From the NCBI GenBank assembly GCA_964016885.1, contig OZ024743.1, forward strand, positions 120,094,001 through 120,158,000: a stretch of 64,000 bases of DNA, in the 5' to 3' direction. Source of the stretch: Eledone cirrhosa (taxonomy: Eukaryota). The position numbers were made by a program, and so were the translations under genes. Shown here in pieces: positions 1 through 14,471 of this stretch. Under the pieces are notes generated by a model, which worked only from the letters and a program-made list of their open reading frames with translations, did no database searches and was not told where the DNA came from. Positions within the stretch are counted from its first letter, which is position 1, and the number at the start of each line of letters is the position of its first letter.

Positions 1-79
1 AAACTTTGTGAAATTATAAAACCAGAAGAACATACATACATACATCCTTCCTCAGTTTTATATATATACATATATAGAA

Positions 80-275
80 TAAAATAACAGATTAAAGTTT
101 AAGCAAAGAATCGTTGCTTTCACCCTTCACGGGATCTTCTGAAACTAAAAACATCAATCTGTGAACGCAGAAGTAAATATTTCGAAAAACGTTGCAACCG
201 AAGGAAAACAGGAAGACGATACTTTGGTTCGGGAAGACGTTCCCTGGTAATGAACGGATAATAGCGAACATAATA
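80..275 (-). mobile_element. Short HHR-bearing dispersed repeat, probably a PLE pseudo-LTR remnant; second copy at ~25220-25400
   Basis: ~180 bp clearly similar to 25220-25400 (aaagtttaagcaaagaatcg...gttgcaaccgaagg...gttccctgg); contains the HHR motif. Confidence 0.6.
96..146 (-). ncRNA. Type I hammerhead ribozyme motif, U4A core variant (family B, copy 1)
   Basis: Reverse complement reads AGTTT-CAGAAGA-TCCC gtgaa GGGT-GAAA-GCAA cgattct TTGC-TT-AAACT. Stems I, II and III all pair around a CAGAAGA/GAAA/UH core. Confidence 0.65.
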
Positions 276-490
276 CGTCATCAATGTTCGTCAGAATGTC
301 GTAATACAGACAGCCAGATATTATAAGAGCGCGGCGGAGGTGGATAACCGGCGCCTAACACCCCTTTAACAACAGAAAACTGAAAAATAAAAGCTGCAGT
401 TAATATCTTTAGACAGCAAGGAATATATAAATGCAAGTTTGAAATCAATCGGAGTAGAAATGTGGATTTGTATAGACTTTGCAAAAATGA

Positions 491-951
<461 letters not shown>

Positions 952-1097
952 TACAGACGGATGGACTATTTTCTAACTTCTTATAAGCGTTATATTAATA
1001 TGGCATAATTGTAATTTGTTGTTCTCAGATATTGTTTTTCTTTTTCGTGTTTTACTTATATATTGTGTGTGAGTGTGTATATTATATTATACCTCAT

Positions 1098-1228
1098 ATA
1101 TTATATATATTATATTATATTATATTATATTATATTATATTATATATTATATTATATTATATTATATTATATTATATTATATTATATTATATTATATTAT
1201 ATTATATTATATTATATTATATTATATT
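1098..1228. repeat. (TATTA)n microsatellite
   Basis: Pentanucleotide repeat seen directly. Confidence 0.95.
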
Positions 1229-1860
1229 AAAATCCCACCGAGGTTAACTTTGCCTTTCACCCTTACGGGGTCGATAAAATAAAGTACCAGTAATGTACTG
1301 GTATAATTGCTGGCCTTGTGCCAAAAGTAGAAACAATTATATTATATTCCGCCGAGGTTGACTTTGCCTTTCATCCTTACGGGGTCGATAAAATAAAGTA
1401 CCAGTAATGCACTGGGTAATTGCTGGCCTTGTGCCTAAAGTAGAAACAATTATATTATATTATATTATATTATATTATATTATGCAGTGGATTGGGAGTA
1501 TCGGTAGAGGGTCAGACACCATGCCTTGCAGCATAGAGTTACGGCTCTTTATGGTCTGAGTTCAAATCCCGCCGAGGTTAACTTTGCCTTTCATCCTTAC
1601 AGGGTCGATAAAATAAAGTACCAGTAATGCACTTGGATAATTGCTGGCCTTGTGTCAAAAGTAGAAACAATTATATTATATTATATTATTAGGGCGGCGG
1701 ATTGGCAGTATCGGTACTTCGTCGGACACTATACGGCCTAGAGTTATGAACCTTTACATTCTGAGTTCAAATCCCGCTGAGGTTAGCTTTGCTTTTCATC
1801 CTTACGACTTTCCGCTCTCCCCAAATTACTGATCTTGTGCCCATAGTAGAAATCATTATA
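1229..1860 (+). mobile_element. Tandem cluster of four tRNA-derived SINE copies (two 5'-truncated) separated by TA-rich tails
   Basis: A-box-like TGGCAGTATCGG, B-box GAGTTCAAATCC, body GCCGAGGTTAACTTTGCCTTTCATCCTTACGGGGTCGATAAAATAAAGTACCAG, tail GTAGAAACAATT(ATT)n. Confidence 0.9.
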
Positions 1861-2506
1861 TTATATTAATATATACACATTTCCATGTGCATATACATAA
1901 CTTTCTGATGATATGATGATAAGCATGTTAATTAGTTAATTTGGGTCACGTGGAACAGCAGTTCAATGTGATTACCTGTCCAGGAGTTCTTCAACTGCTA
2001 TTAAGATGTTATTAATTCTACTGTTGAGTACGTGTGTGATGTACTCCTTTCTTCTTTAGTCGTCCAGTAGATGTTGTCCGAGTAATACAATGTGGCACTT
2101 CAATGTCGTTTAACTGTACAATTCCTACGTCTAACATCGATACTCTCAGATTCACTGTTGATGCGGACAGTATCTGATGATTAGTATCTTTCTAGTTATG
2201 ATGTTCATGCAGAGGATCTCTTAAATTCCCCATTCTAGTATACCAACTGTTGGTACTAGCGTTGGTACTGAAAAATCATTATAGGATATTGTTTTCTTGA
2301 ATACAAAGAATTTTAACTGCTATACCTTCTAAAGTTTTCTGAAGTCCGTTGTCCTTTTAGTTATTTTTATTGCACCAATGTATGCAAAGATTCTCACCAA
2401 TTTCGAGATACTTGTAGCATATAACATTGGAAATCGGGGATATAGACAGGCCATTGATAGCCATATAACTTGTCTGGCCAGCAATCTTTTCCAGATTGAC
2501 TATCGA

Positions 2507-2692
2507 ATGTATGCATGTAAATATATGTATGTATGTATGTATAGATGGATGGGTGTATGTATGTATGCATGTATGCATGTATGTATGTATGTATGTATGT
2601 GTGTGTGTGTGTGTGTATGTATGGATGGATGGATGGATGGATGGATGGATGGATGGATGTATGGATGGATGTATGTATGTATGTATGTATGT
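2507..2692. repeat. (GTAT)n/(GGAT)n compound microsatellite
   Basis: Direct inspection. Confidence 0.9.
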
Positions 2693-2734
2693 CAGATCGC
2701 TCTTCAGTACTACCGGTAACATGTAACCTAGTAC

Positions 2735-3213
2735 AAGCTGTACATAGGTCGGGTCGTCGATGACTAAACCGGCAACCCCACCAAACTAGCTTGCTGAGGG
2801 AGGGTGCTTTTTGGATACCCTGTGAGAGTGGAAAAACGGTCGGAGGAACTCAGGAGAGTCAACGGCCATCCATTAAAGTTTTGTTTTGTGCCGCGAGAAA
2901 CTCCTAATTTTCATTAAGACATCTCTCTAGGAGAAGGACACTTTGATATAAAACCCGTGACTTCGTTTGCATCCAATGATGTAGACCAGTTCTTTTTGGG
3001 TAAATGCATTCAATGTTCAAAGAGTGGGATTGGTCCCGCCTTTCCTCGCTTTAAATAGCTTCAAGCACAGGTATCGTTTGGTATGTGGCATGTTTTGCGC
3101 TGCATGGAATTGCTGACTATAGGCAAGTCCCTAGCAGGACTAAAAAGCCACGTCCTTGATGCTCAGGCTTAAGTATCAAGCGATGGCATTACTCGAAATC
3201 GAGTTGCAGCCAT
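2735..3213 (+). mobile_element. Short, internally deleted RTE-type LINE derivative (5'UTR-like part fused to 3' zinc-finger end)
   Basis: 3' part encodes GKSLAGLKSHV and ends GCGATGGCATTACTC...GCAGCCATC, matching the RTE 3' end at 54713-54990. The 5' part contains a TCTAGGAGAAGGA...AAACC motif I associate with RTE 5'UTRs. Confidence 0.5.
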
Positions 3214-4141
3214 CATGTATGTATGTACTTACGTATGTATATATGTATGCATTTATTTATGTATATATGTATGTATGTGTGTATATATGAATGTGTGGTA
3301 TATGGTTGAGAGATAGACGGATAAATGGATGAATAAGTGTATAAACATGTATCATTTGACAGGCAATATATACAAATCAAAACATTTGAAACCAAAAAAG
3401 ATAAGCTTACGTTATCGTTGGAGCAACTAGTCAGAAAATCACGAATATTACCTAACCGGCAAGAATCGGTAGAGCGTACAAAATATGGAATGTAACTACA
3501 GTAATATAACAGCGGTGTATGTAATGGTTGATGAGTGTGCAGGATATTCAACGTTACAGATTGAGTATAACATATGAACTAATATAAATGTCATGTCGTG
3601 TTGACCGACCAACTGCCTGTCTGATGCGTTCGAGATTTTCTACCACCTCCTGTGATGATTTTGTTTATAACTCTCTAGCTGCACTCTCTACGTCTTTATT
3701 CTCCCTCATAGTTTTCGTCGCCTTCTCTTCTTTACTGCTATTGCCACTACTACTACCACTACTAGCACTTCTGCTGCTACTACTACTACCACTACTAGTG
3801 CTATGGCTAATATTACTACTACTGGTAGTAGTAATATTAGCAAGCAATACAAGACAACCTGAGGTGGTTTGGACATTAAAATCAACAACGAATATGTTAT
3901 ATCGGTTTAGTAAATCAGCAAGTCAGAGTGATTTAATCCAACTGGAGTTTCTAAATCAATTTTTATACTAGAATCTGTTTATAGCAAATGAGTTATGAGA
4001 CATCCTTCGTACTATTCCTCACACAGACACACACACACAACTAAACAAACATACATACACGCAAATTTAGTTTTGTTCGGGTGCGAACATTGAAAAGGAA
4101 TGTTTGGTTTGTATGAAATAAATAAGTGTACAAATGCATAA

Positions 4142-4257
<116 letters not shown>

Positions 4258-4311
4258 TTATAAATTTGATATTGATGTCTGATAGCATTGGCGCAATCGC
4301 GGTCTAACTTA

Positions 4312-4885
4312 ATAATTGTTTCTACTTTAGGCACAAGGCCAGCAATTACCCAGTGCATTACTGGTACTTTATTTTATCGACCCCGTAAGGATGAAAGGCA
4401 AAGTCAACCTCGGCGGGATTTGAACTCAGATCGTAAAGGGGCGTAACTATGCTGGAAAGCATGGCGTCCGACCCTCTACCGATACTGCAGACCCAAGGCC
4501 ATCAATTTGGGTGGGAAGAAAAAGTCGATTAAATCGACCCCAGTAGATTACTGTTGCTTTATTTCATCGACCCCGTAAGGATGAAAGGCAAAGTTAACCT
4601 CGGTGGGATTTGAACTCAGATCATAAAGGACCGTAACTCCATGCTGCAAAGCATGGCGTCCGACCCTCAACCGATACTGCCAATTCACCGCCCTGGTCTA
4701 ACTTAATAATTGCGTCTACTTTTGGCACAAGGCCAGCAATTACTCCAGTACATTACTGGTACTTTATTTTATCGACCCCCGTAAGGATGAAAGGCAAAGT
4801 TAACCTCGGCATGATTTGAACTCAGACCGTAAAAGGCCGTAACTCTATGCTGCGAAGCATGGCGTCCGACTCTCTACCAAATACT
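4312..4885 (-). mobile_element. Three tandem tRNA-SINE copies
   Basis: Reverse complements of the SINE at ~4312-4488, 4490-4693 and 4705-4885. Confidence 0.9.
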
Positions 4886-5140
4886 GATGAAGTCTTATAA
4901 TTTCATAATTAAATCATACTTTGAACACAATAGCACAATAAAGTAGGGAGTTGTTGGTGGCTGAAACATATTTGTTTCGGTGTGATGTTAAAGAGAAAGG
5001 GGCCAGCTGAAGTAAAATAGATCTGGTTTAACGTTTTGTGATGCGAGCTGGGTTTTTTGCATGGACGTATGGGCAGGGGAGATAAGCTTTGTGTCAGTTT
5101 TAAGCATGATGCCAATATATATATATACATAGATAGATAT

Positions 5141-5496
5141 ATCATCATCATCATCATCATCATTATCATTATTATCATCATTATTATCACCATCGCTATC
5201 ACAGTCATCATCATCATCGCTATCATCATCATCATTATCATCATTATCACCTTCACCACCATCATCATTATCATCATCATCATCATCATCATCACCTTCA
5301 CCATCATCATCATCATCATCACCATCACCATCTTCACCATCATCATCATCATCATCATCACCTTCACCATCATCATCATCATCATCACCTTCACCATCGT
5401 CATCGTCATCGTCATCGTCATCACCATCACCATCACCATCACCATCATCATCATCATCAGCTTCACCATCATCATCACCGTCACCGTCACCGTCAC

Positions 5497-5528
<32 letters not shown>

Positions 5529-5926
5529 CCATCGACATCGCCATCGCCATCGCCATCGCCATCGCCGCCGCCGCCGCTGCCGCCACCACCACCACCACCA
5601 CCACCACCACCATCACCATCACCACCATCACCACCATCACCACCACCACCACCACCACCACCATCACCATCACCACCATCACCACCATCACCACCATCAC
5701 CACCACCATCATCATCATCACCATCATCATCACCATCATCATCACCATCACCACCACCATCACCACCACCATCATCACCACCATCATCACCAGCACCACC
5801 ACCATCATCATCATCATCCTCACCACCACCATCGTTATCATCATTAATCATCAGTATCACCATCAGTATCGTCATCTGTATCACTATCACTATCATCATC
5901 ACCACTATCATCATCATCATCAACAT
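5141..5926. repeat. Compound trinucleotide microsatellite (CAT/CAC/CGT/CGC)n
   Basis: Direct inspection; explains the long poly-I/D/G/M ORFs. Confidence 0.95.
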
Positions 5927-6847
5927 CAAGTTCATGCTTGCATGGGTTTGACGAGTCTTCTTCTTCAGTAGTAGAGCTTTCCTCCACTTGTCGCATTCCT
6001 ACGTCATCTCATCTGAGATTCAACGTTCTGTGATCAGCCCTCCTCACCACCGCCGCTGCTGCCACGGGTTTCCTCGATGTTATGTTCCCCTTCTGCAAGT
6101 ATATGAAATATTTTATGAGGTGTATGTATGTGTGTCTGTAGCTATGTCTATGTGTGTGTGGGGTATGTGTGGGTGGGTTGGTGTGGGTGTGTGGGTGTGG
6201 GGGTGTGTATGTGTGTGTGAGTCTGTCCCCTTCTGCAAGTATATGAAATGGTGTGGGTGTGTGTGTGTGGGTGTGTATGTGTGTGTGAGTCTGTCCCCTT
6301 CTGCAAGTATATGAAATGTTTTGAGGTGTATGTATGTGTGTCTGTAGCTATGTCTATGTGTGTGTGGGGGTATGTGTGGGTGGGTGGGTGGGTGTGTATG
6401 TGTGTGTGCTGGTGTGTTGGTGTGTGTGTGTGTCTGTGTGTGTGTGTGTATGTGTGTGTGTTGGTGTTCTTCTATGTGTCATGGGGGTGAATTATTGTGT
6501 GAAGGGTGTATATAATTCATTGTATTCTTCCTCATTTTTTGTTTTTGTATTTTGTTGTTTTTTTTTTCAGTTTTCAATCTCTATAAATTCCAGTTTATTC
6601 ACAACGTTTTTTTTTTTTTATTCATATTTTATTTTTCATTTCTCTGCACAGACGAATGAATATATTTGTGTATCATGTTTAATTATAAAGAAATAAATAG
6701 ACATCTGTGTACATTCATATACATTTGATATATATTTCATATATCCGACAAAACATGATAAAAATCTATATATATATATATATATATATACATATATACA
6801 TATACATTTGATATATATTTGATAGGTTAATATCGGACAAAATATAA

Positions 6848-7250
6848 TAATTGTTTCTACTTTAGGCACAAGGCCAGCAATTTGAAGGCTGGGGCGAAAG
6901 TCGATTAAATCGACCCCAGTGCTTACTGGTACTTTATTTTATCGGCCCTGTTAGGGTGAAAGGCAAAGCTAACCTCGGCAGGATTCGAAATCAGAACGTA
7001 AAGGGCTATAACTCTATGCCGCCGCGAAGCATGGTGTCCGGCGCTCTAATAATGGTTTCAGATTTAGGCCCGAGGCCAGCAATTTGAAGGGAGGGGAAAG
7101 TCGATTAAATCGACCCCAGTGCTTACTGGTACTTTATTTTAACGACTCCGTAAGGATGAAAGGCAAAGCTAACCTAGGCAGGATTTGAAATCAGAATGTA
7201 AAGGGCCGTAACTCTGTGTTGCGAAGCATGGTGTCCAGCGCTCTAATAAT
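6848..7250 (-). mobile_element. Two tandem tRNA-SINE copies (long variant)
   Basis: SINE reverse complement including the GTCGATTAAATCGAC segment. Confidence 0.9.
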
Positions 7251-7311
7251 CTGTATACATACATATACATTTGATATATATTTGATTGCTTAATATCGAC
7301 AAAATGTAAGA

Positions 7312-8262
7312 ATAATAATAATGATTTCGTTATTGGCCACTGGGGCCTACATATAGGAGACAATACAAAGACAGGGACAGTGGGGGTGGGTACAATGAAA
7401 TAAGAGTAAAAATCGAAAATAACAATAAGATAATAAAATTACAACAAAATTAATTCCCTAATTGGGGGAGAATAACCCAGGGGTGACAAGCGTACCCCAC
7501 CAATCCTGAACCACCCGACGCTTCGAGGGCACCCAGGAGGGTCACCCCTCTCCTCCTCAAATACTCAGAGTAGGCCCATTCACACGGGCCATTCTCGCTA
7601 CATTCACCCACCTTTTAGCAAATGTGCTGGGAGGCAACACTTCTCTCTCCACCCTCACCTTCCTTTCCAAGTGAAACTTGAAAAAGTTGGTGAGGGATTC
7701 GCCAAAGAGAAAAGTATCAGTCTTCTGTCTTTTCAACCTGATCGACCACACAACCTCTTTCGCTACGGCCACCAGACAGGGGAAAACTTCCTGCCCTTCC
7801 CGGCTATATCTCGAACCGGCAGTGCCCCCGGTAGCACTGCCAAGCGAGGGATTTCTAGAAGTTATCCATAGTCCCCGGCTCGAAAGTCTTCCGAAACAGA
7901 CTGGTCAGTTCAAGACGCCCACTACTCCTCTATAGAATTCGAGAGAGTAAGTTCTACTGACCACATTGCCCGCCAGGTAGATGGCAGTGAGCGCAACATT
8001 ACAGATTCCTGGTGCCCTGTTTCTGTTTCCTCTTGACCCAGGACTACAGCTCAGTTAAAGGTACAAGCTGCAGAAACTTTACAGGTCCGTCCGTCCAGCG
8101 CCCGACGACGTTGTTGGGCAGCATGGATTTGCTTCTCCAGGTGTCGAGCTGCAGGCCCGCCAATTTTTCCGGGTTTAGTTTTGCTCCAAGAAGGTGCCGA
8201 CCATCACGATTTCCGAGGTCTTTGACACCATCACGGTGATGTCGTCCGCATATGCCGACACA
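7312..8262 (-). mobile_element. L1/Tx1-like LINE ORF2 remnant (RT YADD region, internally deleted, through to 3' tail)
   Basis: Minus strand 8262-8225 encodes VSAYADDITVMVS. ORF 7557-7772 gives the C-terminus AKEVVWSIR...RW. Ends AATAACGAAATCATT(ATT)n. Confidence 0.7.
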
Positions 8263-9002
8263 GAGATAAAACCGTCCTGCACGCACTCGTTCCGTGCTCG
8301 AGCATTGCTGACCTATGAGTTTATATCGAACATCTGCCTTCATGTTTAGAACGGCTCCGGCTGTCATCTGAATCCATTGTGAAGATCAACCTGCCGCCTT
8401 TTTTAACCGGCAAGGGCAAGAAGAAATTTTCACTTGCCTGGTTGCCATGGAGAAAGTGGTTGCATGGTAGACACGATTGAAGGGGCTGGAGGCAATCACT
8501 TTTCTCTTTGGAGAATCCCTCGTCAAATCCTTCAAGTTTCACTTGAAGAGGAACATCAGGGCGCAGAGGGAAGTATTCCCTTCCAGCCATTTTGTTGACA
8601 GGTGGACGAGAGTGGCGAGCATGGTCCAATTGAATGGGCCAGCCCTGAGTATACGCCTGTGAATCGGGAAAGAAAAACTGAGAGAGGGCACTTGTCTTTG
8701 CGGTCAGAGCAACCGTGGTTTTATGGGGTTTTTCTTTGGGTATCCCTCGGACGTCTCCTCTCTACTGTGAAATACATATTGTTTAAATTTCCATTGTTAC
8801 CCAGCACCCCTCGGACGTCTCCTCCTTATTGAAGAGTACCCGTTGTTAATATTTTATTGTTGCCTGTCTGTATTAAGTGTTTACACGCAATCCCATTCAC
8901 ACGTCCATACACACACACACACACTCAATGTTTTGTCCTGTGTCGTTCTTAATGTTTTGCTTGATGTGAAACCTTTGTGGTTAATAAAGAAATCATTATT
9001 AA
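8252..9002 (+). mobile_element. Related L1/Tx1-like LINE 3' fragment in the opposite orientation
   Basis: Encodes CRHRDKTVLHALVPC (zinc-binding remnant). ORF 8477-8662 is homologous to ORF 7557-7772. Ends AATAAAGAAATCATTATT. Confidence 0.7.
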
Positions 9003-9170
9003 TAGAGTCATGGCCCCTTATGGTCTGAGTTCAAATCCCGCCGAGGTTAGGTTTGCCTTTCATCCTTACGGGATCGATAAATAAAACACCAGTAATGCAC
9101 TGGGGTCAATTTAATTGACTTGCCCCTCCCCTTCAAATTGCTGGCCTTGTGCCTAATGTAGAAACAAAAA
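9003..9170 (+). mobile_element. 5'-truncated tRNA-SINE (long variant)
   Basis: B-box, body and tail match the family. Confidence 0.85.
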
Positions 9171-9756
9171 TATATTATTATTTCTTTGAAATATTTTATT
9201 ATAAAAAATATAGGAAATTAATTGACTGCCTTGAATGTTTCGACTACCCACTAACTTGCAGTTGCTTAAGTCTTATTGCCACATTTCTTATTGCCGAGTA
9301 TTTCTTGATCAATTCTTCGACAGCGCACCACCCCGCACTATCACCGTCATGTCCTATCATAACACGTCTGAGTTCTTTCACTAACCATCCCTCTAATGCA
9401 TTCCTGCAAATCTTGGCTGGACGTTATAAATATTCCCCGATCACCGCTCTTTTCCCCGTCGGCAAATACTGTAAGAGATGAGTAGGTGTGGGAAGGGTAT
9501 TTGATGAAGCTTGGGAGTTTTATGTGAACGATGGTTTAATCACACCTACCCTCAGACATCAACCCTCTCAGTCCCATCTCACATAAATATATACAGTCTC
9601 TCTAGCTCTCTTGAGAGAGTGGCCTCCCCTATCTGTACCCTTCTTCAGGACACGTCATCATACAACTGCTCTGATATCATCCAAGCAATCGTCCGTAGCG
9701 AAATGTCCTCTTCCTCTTGTACGATAACAACAACGATGACGACAACAACATTAACA

Positions 9757-9772
9757 GTTGTAGTAGTAGTAT

Positions 9773-9808
<36 letters not shown>

Positions 9809-9864
9809 CCGTTGTCATCGTCGTCCTGGTAGTAGTAGTAATAGCAGCAACAACAGCACATCAG

Positions 9865-9916
<52 letters not shown>

Positions 9917-9945
9917 TGGTGGTAGTAGTAGTAGCGGTGGTGGTG

Positions 9946-10011
<66 letters not shown>

Positions 10012-10045
10012 TTGATGGTGGTACTAGTAGTAGTAGTAGTAGTGG

Positions 10046-10076
<31 letters not shown>

Positions 10077-10081
10077 AGTAT

Positions 10082-10115
<34 letters not shown>

Positions 10116-10188
10116 GGTGGAGGTGGTGGTGGTGGTGGTAGTAGTAGTAGTAGTGGTGGTGGTGGTGGTGGTGGTGGTGGTGGTGGTG

Positions 10189-10249
<61 letters not shown>

Positions 10250-10281
10250 CAGCAACAGCAGCAGCAGCAGCAGTAGTAGTA
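9757..10281. repeat. (GTA/GTG/GCA)n trinucleotide microsatellite
   Basis: Direct inspection. Confidence 0.95.
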
Positions 10282-10576
10282 ATGATTTCTTGCATCGATA
10301 CAAGGATGTAAAGAGGTGGCGGGAGTGTAGTTGAAATAATCGACGCCAATAACTGCCTGGTGGTGTTGTATATACATATGGTATTTACCCCCAGAAGAAT
10401 AATAGGTAATATTGACCTCGGCAAGAATTGAAATCAAACCGTAAACAGACGTAATGAAATATCAAATTAAATATGTTTCTGGTGCTCCACTGTTTTGCTA
10501 CACAACAGCTTCAGATATTCGCTTCTTCATTTGTCAACGTGACTCAAAAAGAATGTTAGTAAATACTGTATTTAAT

Positions 10577-10634
<58 letters not shown>

Positions 10635-11094
10635 GCCCTTGACCCTTAGTTTCTTTTTTTAAAGTCTTTCGAATTTGGTGGGAAGGAATGAGGAGGATAT
10701 CCTCCATTCGCCTTCTCTATTCTTTCTGCCGGGGCCACGGAGCGTCCAGCGCAAGGGCCTCCATTTCATCATAATAGTCGGAGATGTGGGGAGAATGGGA
10801 GAAACGGGGACACTGACAGTGGGAGTTTGGTTCCTTTGTGTTCGAACCTGGTGCATATGCATTTTTTATTTACGATCACACACAGCAACTGGTGCATTTC
10901 ACCGAATGCTTGCAACAGAGTGAGGTACGGTAAACCACTGAAAGCAACCAAAGACAAGGTAGATTTTTTAAGATTAGGGGACGAATTAATCTACTACCAA
11001 AGAACTCGGGAGGTAAAGGGCCGGAATAAATACCACAATGAGGATAGTGCAATATTTCTGATTTCCCCAGAAACATAAACAGCGTGTGTATATA

Positions 11095-11229
11095 TCATCA
11101 TCGTTTAACGTCCCACGTTAGAATGGGTTGGATGGGTTTGTCCCACTTGAGGCAAGATTGGTCAGGTGACTGTGTCTCACTCGTATAGAAGGCTTTTTAC
11201 GGTGGGATGCCCTTCCTAACAGCAACCAT
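11095..11229 (-). mobile_element. Fragment of a second SINE family with an RTE-like 3' tail
   Basis: CATCATCGTTTAACGTCC...GGGTTGGA tail resembles the RTE end at 50416-50455 and 55615-55680. GGATGCCCTTCCTAAC also occurs at ~52855. Confidence 0.55.
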
Positions 11230-11305
11230 ATATATATATATATCAATTTTGTTTTCATTCTAACATGGTGGATACCTGAATGTATTCGTGAGTGAATATT
11301 AATAA

Positions 11306-14215
<2,910 letters not shown>

Positions 14216-14219
14216 TGTA

Positions 14220-14434
14220 TCTATCTAAGAAGAAAGACTAAGAATTATATAGAGAGAACGCTAAATCGCCTAATGCGGTCCCTAGGCCATTGAAAATTTG
14301 AAATAATTTTTGCTCAAAACACTCACAGAACCATAAGTATTACATGTCTAAAGTTTGAAAACAATCGGTTGGATGGTTCTCAAGTTTTAGTGAGCTGACA
14401 GACAGACAGACATTCTCTGTTTTAGATATATAGA
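14220..14434 (-). mobile_element. Helitron 5'-end fragment, minus strand
   Basis: Reverse complement begins TCTATATATCTAAAACAGAGAATGTCTGTCTGTCTG, homologous to the plus-strand start at 14472. Confidence 0.65.
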
Positions 14435-14471
14435 CTAGCAGAAAACCGCCCACCGAGTGGTTTTCTGCTAG

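Noticed and set aside
1692-1780. Possible tRNA genes (A and B boxes)
   Set aside because: These are SINE heads that run into the SINE body; no complete cloverleaf.
1905-2185. CTGATGA heptamers at ~1905 and ~2174
   Set aside because: No stem II, GAAA or stem I pairing follows; chance matches.
4909-5971. 300-aa ORFs on both strands
   Set aside because: Translations of trinucleotide microsatellite, open in several frames with no domain content.
9511-10437. Poly-V/S/G/T ORFs
   Set aside because: (GTA/GTG)n microsatellite.
10640-11080. Coding-looking segment (RVRYGKPLKATKDKVDFLRLGDELIYY)
   Set aside because: Stops and frame changes, no recognisable motif or splice structure; possibly an old TE but cannot be assigned.
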